The notes under the pieces are model-generated. The model ran no database searches. It saw nothing but the letters and a program-made list of their open reading frames with translations, and was not told the DNA's origin. DNA of 64,000 nucleotides from the NCBI GenBank assembly GCA_964291495.2, contig OZ219871.1, forward strand, positions 992,001 through 1,056,000. The letters run 5' to 3'. Shown piece by piece: positions 22,817 through 32,849 of this stretch. The stretch comes from Dehalococcoidia bacterium (GTDB lineage Bacteria; Chloroflexota; Dehalococcoidia; UBA2979). Each line of letters begins with the position of its first letter. The first letter of the stretch is position 1. Position numbers and translations under genes: made by a program.

Positions 22817-23196
22817 GCGTCGATGCCCTGGTCGCGCAGCACCTGCTTGGCGATGCGCATCGCCTCGAGCGCGGCGGGGGCCCCGCAGTAGACCGCGACC
22901 TGCCGGATCACCTCGGAGATCTCAGCGGGCGTGAGGCCGTTGCCGAGGCCCGCGCGGATGTGTGTCGCCAGCTCGGTCGTCTTGCCGACGGCGGCGAGCA
23001 TTCCGAGGTTGAGCAGGCTGCGGTCGCGACGGCTCAGCCCGTCGCGCGTCCAGACCTGGCCCCAGGCGACCGCGGTCACGAACTCCTGGAACTCGCGATC
23101 GAAGTCCGTGACGCCCTCGAAGGCGCGGTCGACGTACTCGTCGCCCAGCACCTCGCGGCGTACCTTGAGGCCTTCGTCGAACCCGTCAATCGGCAT
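22813..23196 (-). CDS. Carboxymuconolactone decarboxylase (PcaC/AhpD-like) family protein
   Basis: GLKVRREVLG, AWGQVWTRDGL, QVAVYCGAPA. Confidence 0.88.
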   Translation of the reverse strand: MPIDGFDEGLKVRREVLGDEYVDRAFEGVTDFDREFQEFVTAVAWGQVWTRDGLSRRDRSLLNLGMLAAVGKTTELATHIRAGLGNGLTPAEISEVIRQVAVYCGAPAALEAMRIAKQVLRDQGIDA

Positions 23197-23302
23197 GTCA
23201 GCCCCTCTCCGCATCCATTTCCGAGATCGCACGAATCATACGGCGCGCCGCCGCAGGAACGAGGAGCGGCTACGATGCCCCTCGCGAGCAGAGGAGCGAG
23301 GC

Positions 23303-24244
23303 ATGGCGAACGTCCAGACCCTGCGCGGCGAGCTGGAGACGAGCGCCCTCGGCTTCACGCTCATGCACGAGCATCTCTTCCTCCAGTCGCCCGCGCTCTA
23401 CGACAACTACCCGCAGCTCTTCGACCGCGAGGCCGAGGTCGCCGCTGCGGCGGCCTTCTGCGAGGAGGCGCGCGCGGCCGGCGTCGACACGATCGTCGAC
23501 GTCACGACCGTGGACCTCGGGCGCGACATCCGCCTGATGGCGGAGGTCGGCGAGCGGACGGAGCTGCAGGTGATCGCCGCGACCGGGGTGCATCTGCGGG
23601 TGCCGAACTACTTCCGCCGCCGGACGCCGGACCGCGTCGTCGAGCTGTACCTGCACGACATCAACGTCGGCATCGCCGGCACCTCGATCCGCGCGGGCGC
23701 GCTCAAGATCGCCACCGAGGAGTACGAGCCGGACGACGAGCTGCAGCTGCGCGCGATCGCCCTCGCGCACCGCGCGAGCGGCGTCCCGATCATGACGCAC
23801 AGCAACCCGTTCGCCGGCTCCGGCAACGACCAGCAGCGGGTCTTCGCCGCCGAGGGCGTCAACCTCACGCGTGTCGTGATCGGCCACTCCGGCGACTCGA
23901 TGGACCTCGACTACCTGAGCGGGCTGATGGAGCGCGGCAGCACGATCGGGATGGACCGCTTCGGATCCGGCCTCAACGCGACGACCGAGGAGCGGACCGC
24001 GACCATCGCGGCGCTCTGCGAACGCGGCTACGCCGACCGCATGGTGCTGAGCCACGACACCTCGCCGCACATGCAGGGCGTGCCTCGCGAGGTCGTCGAC
24101 CGCGCGCTTCCGGAGGCGAACTTCCTGACGATCCCCAACATCGTGGTCCCCGGCCTGCGCCGCCTCGGCGTCCCCGAGGACCAGATCGAGGCGATGACCA
24201 CCGGCAACCCGCGCCGCATCTTCGAGGCGAAGGGGGCGTACTGA
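23303..24244 (+). CDS. Phosphotriesterase-family (Php/PTE-like lactonase)
   Basis: GFTLMHEHL, DLGRD, LKIA, IMTHS, IGHSGD, LSHD. Confidence 0.9.
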   Translation: MANVQTLRGELETSALGFTLMHEHLFLQSPALYDNYPQLFDREAEVAAAAAFCEEARAAGVDTIVDVTTVDLGRDIRLMAEVGERTELQVIAATGVHLRVPNYFRRRTPDRVVELYLHDINVGIAGTSIRAGALKIATEEYEPDDELQLRAIALAHRASGVPIMTHSNPFAGSGNDQQRVFAAEGVNLTRVVIGHSGDSMDLDYLSGLMERGSTIGMDRFGSGLNATTEERTATIAALCERGYADRMVLSHDTSPHMQGVPREVVDRALPEANFLTIPNIVVPGLRRLGVPEDQIEAMTTGNPRRIFEAKGAY

Positions 24245-24269
24245 GCGCGAGCGCACCGCGCAGCCTGCT

Positions 24270-24660
24270 GCGGGGGGCGCGCCCCCCACACCCCCATCCC
24301 GGACGAGCGAGCGCTGCGCGCCGCTCGGACCCGCCCACCCGCCCCGGATTCTTTTCTCTGTGGGGGGCTTTGCCCCCCACGCCCCCCTTCACTCCGCCGC
24401 ACACCCCGTCATGCTTGGGCCGGTCCGATTCCCTCTTCAGGGGGAGCGGGCGAGGATGAAGGGCTCACCGGAGTCCCGAGAGCGGATCCGGCCCCCTCTC
24501 CCCGCGGGAGAGGGCGGGGGGTGAGGGAGGCGCACGCAACGAGCCTTCCGAGGGCGCTCGCGGGCCTGCCGCACCTGGATTCCGGCGTTCGCCGGAATGA
24601 CGGGAAAGGCGGATCCGGTCCCCTCTCCCCTCGCGGGAGAGGGCTAGGGTGAGGGGAACT
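24270..24660. repeat. Intergenic REP-like palindromic cluster
   Basis: CCCTCTCCC-N-GGGAGAGGG..GGGTGAGGG x2, CTGGATTCCGGCGTTCGCCGGAATGACGG, GGGGGGCTTTGCCCCCC hairpins between convergent genes. Confidence 0.85.
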
Positions 24661-25456
24661 CCGGCTCCAGCGGCCGCTCCAGCCACTCGAGGATCGCCTC
24701 GGCGGTCTCGCGCCAGCCGACATCGAGCATCATGCCGTGCGGGACGCCCTCGAGGATCCTGCACTCGGCGCCGTACCCCTCCGCGATGCGGCGGAGCGCC
24801 GAGGGACGCACGAAGTAGTCGTCGGCTCCGCCGAGCACCAGCATCGGGACGCCACGGATGCGTGCGCGGTCCGGGCGGGTATAGACCAGCTGCAGCAGGG
24901 CGCGGAAGGACTCGGGGCCCTGGCGGGCCGCGTACTCGCGCACCCGCTCCTCGGCCAGCTCGGGCGAGAAGAAGAACTTGCGGGCGAGCTCGGGCGCTCC
25001 GATCAACTTGCTCGCCCGCCCGGTGAGGATCACCTGCAGCGAACGCCACGGATGGTCGAGGGGCATGCGCGCGGCCGGGCGGAGCACCCCGCCCCGCGTC
25101 GGGGGAGCGAGCAGCACCGCGGCGGGCGCCTCGTGGGTCTCGATGTACGTCTGCACCACCCGACTGCCCATCGAGTGGCCGATCACCACCGGCTCGCGTG
25201 GCAGGCTCGATGCCACCCGCGCGACATCGCTCACGTAGTCGGCGATCGAGGTCCAGCGCAGGCGCTCGCGGCCACCGCTCCGCCCGTGCCCGCGCAGGCT
25301 CAGCGCGTACGAGTCGAAGCCTCGAGCGGCGAAGAAGTCGAGGAAGTGCTCGTCCCAGCACCACGCGCCGTGGCCCGCCCCGTGCACGAACAGCAGCGGC
25401 GGCCGGTTGGAGTCTTCGGCCGGTGCTTTCGCGATGACCTCGAGCTCGACTGTCAC
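24644..25456 (-). CDS. Alpha/beta hydrolase
   Basis: FVHGAGHGAWCW, GHSMG, PHGMMLD. Confidence 0.9.
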   Translation of the reverse strand: MTVELEVIAKAPAEDSNRPPLLFVHGAGHGAWCWDEHFLDFFAARGFDSYALSLRGHGRSGGRERLRWTSIADYVSDVARVASSLPREPVVIGHSMGSRVVQTYIETHEAPAAVLLAPPTRGGVLRPAARMPLDHPWRSLQVILTGRASKLIGAPELARKFFFSPELAEERVREYAARQGPESFRALLQLVYTRPDRARIRGVPMLVLGGADDYFVRPSALRRIAEGYGAECRILEGVPHGMMLDVGWRETAEAILEWLERPLEPEFPSP

Positions 25457-25578
25457 GGCGCAGACCCGCCCCGCGCTTCATCGTGAAGCGCCGCTGCATC
25501 TATAGTCCAGCGGACCATCCGGACTCCCCGAGTCCGGGCGCTGGGCAAACTGACCGCGGCAGATCGGGAGGAGCAGCG

Positions 25579-26802
25579 ATGAGCGAGGGCGCCCTCGAGG
25601 GATTGCGCATCCTCGACCTCTCGCAGGGGGTCGCCGGGCCCTACTGCACCAAGCTGCTCAGCGACTACGGCGCCGACGTGCTCAAGATCGAGCGGCCCGA
25701 CGGCGGCGACCCCGCGAGGCGCGCCGGGCCGTTCCCGGACGACGAGCCGCACCCCGAGCGCAGCGGGCTGTTCCTCGACCTCAACACCGGCAAGCGCAGC
25801 CTCACGCTCAACCTCAAGACCGAAAGCGGGCAGCGCATCCTGCGCCGCCTCGCCGCCTGGGCCGACGCCGTCGTCGAGAGCTTCAGGCCCGGCACGCTCG
25901 CCCGCCTCGGCCTGAGCGACGAGCAGCTCGCCGAGGTCAACCCGGCCGCCGCGCTCGTCTCGATCTCCAACTTCGGGCAGCACGGGCCGTACCGCGACTT
26001 CGAGGCCGACGACATGCTGCTCTACGCGATGGGCGGCGCACTGGCCGTCACCGCCTACCCCGGCCGCGAGCCGAACCGGCCCTGGCTCTACGCCCCGCTC
26101 TTCCTCGCGGGCGCGATGTCCGCCTCGTACAGCCTCGGCGCGATCACCGCGAGCGTCCGCCTCGGCGCCGGCGAGCGGGTCGACATCTCGATCCAGGACG
26201 CGCTCGCCTGCTCGCTCGACCGCGCCACGCAGAACGTGATGGCGCACTCGTACGGCGGCGAGCTGTTCGTCACCGAGGACTGCAACCTGCGCGCCAGCGC
26301 CTTCCCCAACGGCGTCTACGGCGGCCAGCTGCCTTGCAAGGACGGCTACGTCAACTTCCTCTGCTACCCCTACTGGTGGGACCGCTTCTGCCGCATGGTC
26401 GGCCGCGAGGACCTGATCGACGACACCAGCTACTCCGACAACCTGCTCGACCCCGAGTTCGGCCCGCAGATCGACGCGCTGCTCTACCCCTGGCTGCTGG
26501 AGCGCACCAAGATCGAGGTGATGGACGCCGCACAGGAGCAGGGCGTACCCGTCGCCGCGCTCAACACCACCGAGGACCTCTTCGCCGACCGCCAACTGCG
26601 CGCGCGCGGCTACTTCGTCGAGCTCGATCACCCGGAGACCGGCCCCCGCGAGTACCCCGGCGCGCAGTTCAAGATGAGCGAGACGCCCGCCTCGATCCGC
26701 CGCGCGCCCCTGCTCGGCGAGCACACCATGGAGGTGCTCACCGGGCTGCTCGACTACACCCCCGAGGACGTCTCGATCCTGAGGCAGCGCGATGTCGTCT
26801 GA
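25579..26802 (+). CDS. Family III CoA-transferase (catalytic Asp absent)
   Basis: LEGLRILDLS, AGPYC, LNTGKRS, APLLGEH. Confidence 0.9.
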   Translation: MSEGALEGLRILDLSQGVAGPYCTKLLSDYGADVLKIERPDGGDPARRAGPFPDDEPHPERSGLFLDLNTGKRSLTLNLKTESGQRILRRLAAWADAVVESFRPGTLARLGLSDEQLAEVNPAAALVSISNFGQHGPYRDFEADDMLLYAMGGALAVTAYPGREPNRPWLYAPLFLAGAMSASYSLGAITASVRLGAGERVDISIQDALACSLDRATQNVMAHSYGGELFVTEDCNLRASAFPNGVYGGQLPCKDGYVNFLCYPYWWDRFCRMVGREDLIDDTSYSDNLLDPEFGPQIDALLYPWLLERTKIEVMDAAQEQGVPVAALNTTEDLFADRQLRARGYFVELDHPETGPREYPGAQFKMSETPASIRRAPLLGEHTMEVLTGLLDYTPEDVSILRQRDVV

Positions 26803-28144
26803 GGGCGCACCCGAAACCCGCACCGAGGCGCGGCTGCCCCTGGAGGGCGTGCGCGTGCTCTCCCAGGCGATCGTCTGGGCCGGACCGGCGGCGAGCCTGA
26901 TCCTCGCCGACCTCGGCGCCGAGGTGATCGAGATCGAGTCGATCCAGCACGTCAACCCGACGCGCTCGAACTACCGCTACCTGCCTGAGCTGTACCTGCA
27001 GGGTCCCTTCGGCGCGCTCTACGTCGACCGCGACCCGAGCGAGGGGTTCTGGAACCGCAACGCTCACTTCAACTACTCGAAGCGCGGTCACAAGAGCGTC
27101 ACGCTGGACATCGACCGGCCCGAGGGCATCGAGCTGCTGCGCGAGCTGGTGCGCGTCTCCGACGTGTACATCGAGAACAACGCGGCGGGAGTCGTCGAGA
27201 AGTTCGGGCTGGATTACCCGCGGCTGGCCGAGCTGAACCCGCGCATCATCCAGGCGCGCTTCCCCGGCTTCGGGACCACCGGCCCCTACCGCGGCTTCAA
27301 GGGCTTCGCGCCCACGATGGACGCTCTCGGGGGCCACACCTTCCTGCGCGGCTACCGCGACAGCGACCCCTCGTACACCCCGGGCGTCGCGCACGGCGAC
27401 CCCAACGCCGGCATCCACGTCGCCTTCGCCGTGCAGGCCGCGCTGTTCGCGCGCGAGCGCACCGGCCGAGGGCAGCTGATCGACCTCTCGCACGTCGAGG
27501 CGGGGCTGCACCACGTCTCGTGGGCGCTGATGGACTACTCCTTCAACCGGCGCGTGCGCGGCACCTTCGGCAATCGCCACCCCTCGAAGGCGCCGAGCGG
27601 CGTCTTCCGCTGCCTCGACGCGCCGGGCGAGCAGAGCGAGTCGAGCCGCCGGCGCTGGGTGGCGATCGCCGTCGACAGCGACGAGCAGTTCGCCGCGCTC
27701 GCCGCCGAGATGGGCGCGCCGGAGCTGGCCCGCGACCCGCGCTTCGCGACCTCGGACGTGCGCCACGAGCACCAGGACGAGCTGGAGCCGCTGATCGAGG
27801 CGTGGACCTCGCAACACGTCGCGCGCGAGCTGATGGAGCGGCTGCAGGCCGCGGGCGTGCCGGCCACCGAGCTGCTGCGCCAGGAGGAGCTGCGCGAGAA
27901 CGAGCACCTGCGCGAGCGCCGCTTCTGGCAGGAGGTCGACCACCCGCAGGCGGGAACGCACAGCTACCCCGCCCCGGTCGCCCGCTTCCGCGAGCGCCCG
28001 TTGCGCATCCGCAGCCACGCGCCGCTGCTCGGCCAGCACAACCGCGAGGTGCTGCAAGACCTCCTCGGCGTCAGCGACGAGCGCTACCAGCAACTCCTCG
28101 ACGCCCAGATCATCGGCGACGCCTACCTCGCGGACGCGACGTAG
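26792..28144 (+). CDS. Family III CoA-transferase (catalytic Asp present)
   Basis: LEGVRVL, WAGP, HGDPNAG, APLLGQHN. Confidence 0.9.
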   Translation: MSSEGAPETRTEARLPLEGVRVLSQAIVWAGPAASLILADLGAEVIEIESIQHVNPTRSNYRYLPELYLQGPFGALYVDRDPSEGFWNRNAHFNYSKRGHKSVTLDIDRPEGIELLRELVRVSDVYIENNAAGVVEKFGLDYPRLAELNPRIIQARFPGFGTTGPYRGFKGFAPTMDALGGHTFLRGYRDSDPSYTPGVAHGDPNAGIHVAFAVQAALFARERTGRGQLIDLSHVEAGLHHVSWALMDYSFNRRVRGTFGNRHPSKAPSGVFRCLDAPGEQSESSRRRWVAIAVDSDEQFAALAAEMGAPELARDPRFATSDVRHEHQDELEPLIEAWTSQHVARELMERLQAAGVPATELLRQEELRENEHLRERRFWQEVDHPQAGTHSYPAPVARFRERPLRIRSHAPLLGQHNREVLQDLLGVSDERYQQLLDAQIIGDAYLADAT

Positions 28145-28147
28145 GCG

Positions 28148-28975
28148 CTACGAGACCTCAATCTCCACGCGGCAATGGTCGCTGGGACCCCACTCCTCCG
28201 GCTCGTTCATCGCTCGCACGCTCACGGAGTCGGCTAGCTCCCTGGTGGCGAAGACGAAGTCCAGCTGCCGGGTCGCTGCGGCAGGACCCCCCTGCCGGAC
28301 CGTGTAGTACGTGGGCACGTTGGCGCTTTCCCGAGGAAGCTCTTTGGGCCACGGATCCGCCTGTCGCCCGTGAGGGTACTGAGGACCGACGAAGCGCAGA
28401 CCCAGCGCCTCCATTCTTTCGAACACGGTCCCGTAGCGCGCGGCCCAGTATTCGCGCCCGTGCTCGCCGTGGCCGTGGAGGATGTTGAGGTCTCCGGCAG
28501 CGAGGACATGCGGGCCATTCCGGCGCCGCACGAACGAGGACAGGTCGGAGACCAGGCGATGAGCCGAGGCGTCCGAGACGATCCCCCTGCTCCCGGTGGA
28601 TGGGTGCAACCTCGTCCAGAGCGAGTACATGGAGACGGCGACGAACGGATCGACGTCCGGTGCGCTCACGATGGCGGCCGCGATTGTTCCTTGCCGGCTG
28701 ACGGCGAACTCCCCGCCGCGCGCCTCCTCGAGCGGCTTCGCCTCGATCCACTCCACACTGACGCGATCGGAGAGCTTTGCAATAGCCGTCCGCCATGTCC
28801 GGTCGCGCGCGGCGGCGGTGCGCCAGGGGGCGGGATCCACGTCGACCTGGCTCGCGATCCCACGGGGCGGCGGGCGGGCCTCCTGCAGGAGCGCGATGTC
28901 CGCATCCATGTCAGTGAGGACATGCCAGGGCTTCCTGCGGCCCGCGATGTTCCACGAGACGATCTTTATTGACAC
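28148..28975 (-). CDS. Endonuclease/exonuclease/phosphatase (EEP) family protein, paralogue of 304-1017
   Basis: IVSWNI, DIALLQE, AGDLN, QLDFVFA, WGPSDHC. Confidence 0.85.
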   Translation of the reverse strand: MSIKIVSWNIAGRRKPWHVLTDMDADIALLQEARPPPRGIASQVDVDPAPWRTAAARDRTWRTAIAKLSDRVSVEWIEAKPLEEARGGEFAVSRQGTIAAAIVSAPDVDPFVAVSMYSLWTRLHPSTGSRGIVSDASAHRLVSDLSSFVRRRNGPHVLAAGDLNILHGHGEHGREYWAARYGTVFERMEALGLRFVGPQYPHGRQADPWPKELPRESANVPTYYTVRQGGPAAATRQLDFVFATRELADSVSVRAMNEPEEWGPSDHCRVEIEVS

Positions 28976-28985
28976 TCGACAGCCC

Positions 28986-30296
28986 CTACCGCCCCACAGC
29001 ACCGTCCGGCACGTTGCGGGTGACGCCGAGGGCGGCGAGGTGGGCGATCTCGGACTCGGAGAGGCCTGCTACGTCGCGCAGCACCTCCTCGGTGTGCTCG
29101 CCGAGCATCGGGGCGGGGCGGGGCGTCCAGCCGGGGGTGCGGCTCAGCTTGAAGGGGCGGCTGAGGTGCGGGATCAGGCCCGCCGCCGGGTGGTCCACCG
29201 GCTCCCAGAAGCCGCGCGCCTCCAGCTGCGGGTCCTCCAGCAGCGTGTCGCCTCGATGCACCATGCCGGCCGCGACGCCGAGCGCCTGCAGCTGCTCCGT
29301 CAGCTCGCGCGACTCGCGCTCCCGCGTCCAGGCGGCGATCAGCGCGTCCAGCTCGTCGTGGCGGCGGCGCCGACTGAGCAGCGTCGCGAAGCGCGCGTCC
29401 GAGGCCAGCCCGGGGCCGCCGATTAGCTCCGCGAGCGCCTGCCACTCGGCGTCCGAGCGCACGGTGATCGTGACCCAGGTGTCCTCGCCCGCGCTCGGGT
29501 AGACGCCCTGCGGAGCGTGGACGTCGTGGCGGTTGCCCTGCGGCCCGCGCACGCGGCCGTTCATCGTGTAGTCCAGCAGCATCTCCGGCACGATCGAGGT
29601 CGTGACCTCGCGTTGCGAGAGGTCGACGAACGTGCCCTCGCCGGTGCGGTCGCGGCGGCGCACGGCCGCGAGGATCGCGCCGACGCCGAGCATCGCGACG
29701 ACCGGATCGGGGAAGAAGGTGCCGGAGGTCTTTGGCGGACCGCCGTGGTAGCCGGTGATCGAGGCGATCCCGGCGGTTTGCTCGAGGATCGCGCCGTATG
29801 AGCCGTAGGAGCGCTCCGGCCCCGTCGCGCCCTGGCTGGAGAAGGAGACGTAGACGATGTCCGGCTTCACCTCGCGGATCGCCTCGTAGCCCGCGCCGAG
29901 CCGCTCGAGCACCCCGAAGCGATAGCTTTCCGCGACCACGTCCGAGGCGGCGATGAGGCGCTTCAGCGTCGCGATGCCCTCGGGCATTGTGAGGTCCAGG
30001 CAGACGCCGCGCTTGCTGCGGTTGCGGTCGTTGAACAGGCCCGCGCGGTTCCACGGCTCGGCGCCGGGGTCGTCGTCGGGATAGATCGCGCTGCTCGCCT
30101 GCGGGTTGGGATCGCCTCGGGCGGTGTCCGTGCGGCGGCCGGACTCGACCTTGATCACGTCCGCGCCCATATCGCCGAGCAGCTTGAGCGCGAGCGGCCC
30201 CGCCCAGACCTGCGAGAGGTCGACGACGCGCAGCCCCTCGAGGGCGCCCCCTCCCACGCCACCGGAGGTGGTCTGCCCGGACTGCCCGGCAGCCAC
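28986..30296 (-). CDS. Family III CoA-transferase (catalytic Asp present)
   Basis: LEGLRVVDLSQVWAGP, NRSKRG, FFPDPVVA, APMLGEH. Confidence 0.9.
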   Translation of the reverse strand: MAAGQSGQTTSGGVGGGALEGLRVVDLSQVWAGPLALKLLGDMGADVIKVESGRRTDTARGDPNPQASSAIYPDDDPGAEPWNRAGLFNDRNRSKRGVCLDLTMPEGIATLKRLIAASDVVAESYRFGVLERLGAGYEAIREVKPDIVYVSFSSQGATGPERSYGSYGAILEQTAGIASITGYHGGPPKTSGTFFPDPVVAMLGVGAILAAVRRRDRTGEGTFVDLSQREVTTSIVPEMLLDYTMNGRVRGPQGNRHDVHAPQGVYPSAGEDTWVTITVRSDAEWQALAELIGGPGLASDARFATLLSRRRRHDELDALIAAWTRERESRELTEQLQALGVAAGMVHRGDTLLEDPQLEARGFWEPVDHPAAGLIPHLSRPFKLSRTPGWTPRPAPMLGEHTEEVLRDVAGLSESEIAHLAALGVTRNVPDGAVGR

Positions 30297-31492
30297 TAGA
30301 TCACCCCCGCGCCGCGCATCCGCGCGAGCTCGGCGGCGTCGCAGCCGAGCAGCTCGCCGTAGACCTCGGCGTTGTGCTCGCCCAGCAGTGGGGCGCGGCG
30401 CAGCGGCGGGCGCTCCGTACCGAAGCGCAGCGGCAGGCCGGGGTAGAGCAGCGGCCCCGTCGTCGGGTGGTCGACCTCGCCGAAGAACTCGCGCTCGATG
30501 AACTGGGGCGACTCGATCAGGTCGGGCGCGGTGCAGACGTAGCCGGCCGGCCCCTGCACGGCCTGCACGGCGTGGTAGAGGTCCGCCTTGCGCTTGCCCT
30601 CGGTCCATTCGGCGATGATCTCGCGCAGTTCGGCCATGTTGTCGCGGCGCTGCCGCGTGCCCTCGAAGCGCGGATCGTGCTCGATGTCGGGTCGCCCGAT
30701 CAGCTCGCAGAAGCGCGGCCAGCGGGCCTGCGGGAACATCAGCCCGATGTAGCCGTCGTCCACCTCGAACATCGGCGCGTGGCCGGGGCCCCGGACGCGA
30801 ATCTCGCGCTTGTAGGCCCAGGCCGCGCCCGGGTACTCCTGCGCCGTCGCGATGCCCTCGAGCATCGAGACGTCGACGTGCTGGCCCTCGCCCGTCGCAT
30901 CGCGGTAGTGGAGGGCGAGCAGCGCGCCGCTGAAGGCCGAGAGCCCAGCGAAGAACTGCGCCGGCCGCCCGCCGATCTTGAGCGGCTCGCGGTCCTCGTC
31001 GCCGGCGATGTAGAGCGAGCCACCGAGGGCGAGCGCCGTCAGGTCCGACGCCTCCCAGTCGCGGTACGGCCCGCTCTGCCCGTAGTCCGTGACCGAGACG
31101 ACGATCACGCCCGGCCGGGCCGCTTCGAGCGCCTCATGGCCGAGCCCCCAGGCGTCGAGCTGCCCGGGCGCGAAGTCCTCGATCACGATGTCGGCCCACT
31201 CGGCGGCGAGCCGCCGGGCGATGGCGCGGCCGGAGGCCTGCGCGAGGTCGAGGGTGACGCTGCGCTTGCCGGTGTTGAGGTAGAGGAACAGCCCGCTCAG
31301 CTCCGGATGCGGCTCGTCTCCGGCGAACGGCGGAGCGGAGCGCGCGCGGTCGCCTCGGCCGGGCGCCTCGACGCTGATCACGTCGGCCCCGAGGGCGGCC
31401 AGCAGCTTGGTGCAGAACGGCCCGGCGACGCCCTCGGAGAGATCGAGGACGCGGACGTCGTCGAGCGCCTCACTCGTCACGGGCAGCGCCAT
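30296..31492 (-). CDS. Family III CoA-transferase (catalytic Asp absent)
   Basis: VRVLDLS..VAGPFC, LNTGKRS, RPAQFFAG, APLLGEHN. Confidence 0.9.
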   Translation of the reverse strand: MALPVTSEALDDVRVLDLSEGVAGPFCTKLLAALGADVISVEAPGRGDRARSAPPFAGDEPHPELSGLFLYLNTGKRSVTLDLAQASGRAIARRLAAEWADIVIEDFAPGQLDAWGLGHEALEAARPGVIVVSVTDYGQSGPYRDWEASDLTALALGGSLYIAGDEDREPLKIGGRPAQFFAGLSAFSGALLALHYRDATGEGQHVDVSMLEGIATAQEYPGAAWAYKREIRVRGPGHAPMFEVDDGYIGLMFPQARWPRFCELIGRPDIEHDPRFEGTRQRRDNMAELREIIAEWTEGKRKADLYHAVQAVQGPAGYVCTAPDLIESPQFIEREFFGEVDHPTTGPLLYPGLPLRFGTERPPLRRAPLLGEHNAEVYGELLGCDAAELARMRGAGVI

Positions 31493-31542
31493 CGAGGCTC
31501 CCTCCGGCGGCGCTCACCTTACCGCGAGGCTCGCCCGGCCGC

Positions 31543-32830
31543 CTACGTCAGCGCCTCGATCTCCTCGGCGCTGAAGCCAGCCTCCGTCAGCACCTCGACG
31601 GTGTCGCGGCCGAGGGGCGGCGCCGCCCGGCGCGCGCCGGTCGCGCTCTCCGACATCTCGACGAGCGAGCCGACGATGCGCTCGGGGCCGGTCAACTCGT
31701 GCTCGAGGCTCGAGGTCGAGCAGCAGCCCCAGCGCCTCGAGCTGCGGCTCGTCGGCGACCTCCTCGGGCAGGTTGACCCGCGAGGCGGGCGCGCCGGCCG
31801 CGTCGAGCGCCTCCATCCACTCGTCCATCGTGCGCTCGCGCATGATCGCGCGGATGCGCTCGCGGACCTGTTCGATCACCGGCCAGTTGTCGGGGTCGAG
31901 CGCGTTGAAGTCCGGATCGGCGGTCGGGTCGTCCTCGATGCCGAGGGCGGTGCGGATCTGGTCGCGGTTCTCCGCGCTGACCGCGCCGAGCACGATCGCG
32001 CCGTCGCGCACGGGGTAGCCGTTGGTGTAGAGCAGCCCGGCCGCGTTCTGGGTCAGCACCTGCAACCCGCGCGTCTCGAGGATCTCGCGGTAGCCGCCGC
32101 CGGCCTCCCGCACCGCGCGCACGCGCTCCAGCATCGGGCCGCTGGTCACGGCGTCGACGGCGGGGAGGCGGGAGACGTAGTAGGAGAGCAGGGAGACGGC
32201 CGTCGCCACCAGCGGCGCGCTGATGTACTGACCGCGGCCGGTGCGTTCGCGCCGGAAGAGCGCCGCGCAGACTCCCATCGCGCCGGCGATGCCGCCCGCG
32301 TAGTCGGAGAGCACCGTGCTGCTCATGCGCTGCGGCGCGCCGAACTCGTCGATCTTGCTCTCGGCCGCCATGAGGCCCGTGTAGGCCTGGATCACCACGT
32401 CGCCGCCGGGCCGCTGCGCGTCCGGGCCGCGCGTGCCGTAGCTGGTGTGCTCGACGTAGATCAGGTCCTCGCGCAGCCCTCGCAGCGTCTCGTAGTCGAT
32501 GCCGAGGCGCTGCGGCACGCCGGGGCGGGCGTTGATCACGAACACGTCGAAGCCCGGCGTCAGCCGGCGCAGCGCCTCGCGCGCCGCCTCCTGCCGCAGA
32601 TCGAGGACGACGCTGCGCTTGCCTCGGTTGAGCGTGTGGAAGAGCTTGCTCTCGTTCGGCGCGAAGCCGGCGAGCCGGCGCGTCGGGTCGCCGCCCGGCG
32701 GCTCGATCTTCACCACCTCCGCGCCGAGGTCGGCAAGGTTCTGCGCGCAGTAGGGCCCGACGACGTGCGTGCCCACCTCGAGCACGCGCACGCCCTCGAG
32801 AGCGCCCCCGTCGAGCAGCGGCTCGGTCAT
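31543..32830 (-). pseudogene. Family III CoA-transferase frameshifted by a 7-bp tandem duplication
   Basis: LEGVRVLE, LNRGKRS, LSDYAGG; C-terminus HELTG...APPLGRDTVEVL is in another frame after CTCGAGG x2 at 31702-31715. Confidence 0.8.
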
Positions 32831-32849
32831 CGCCAGCCCGGCTCCCGCG

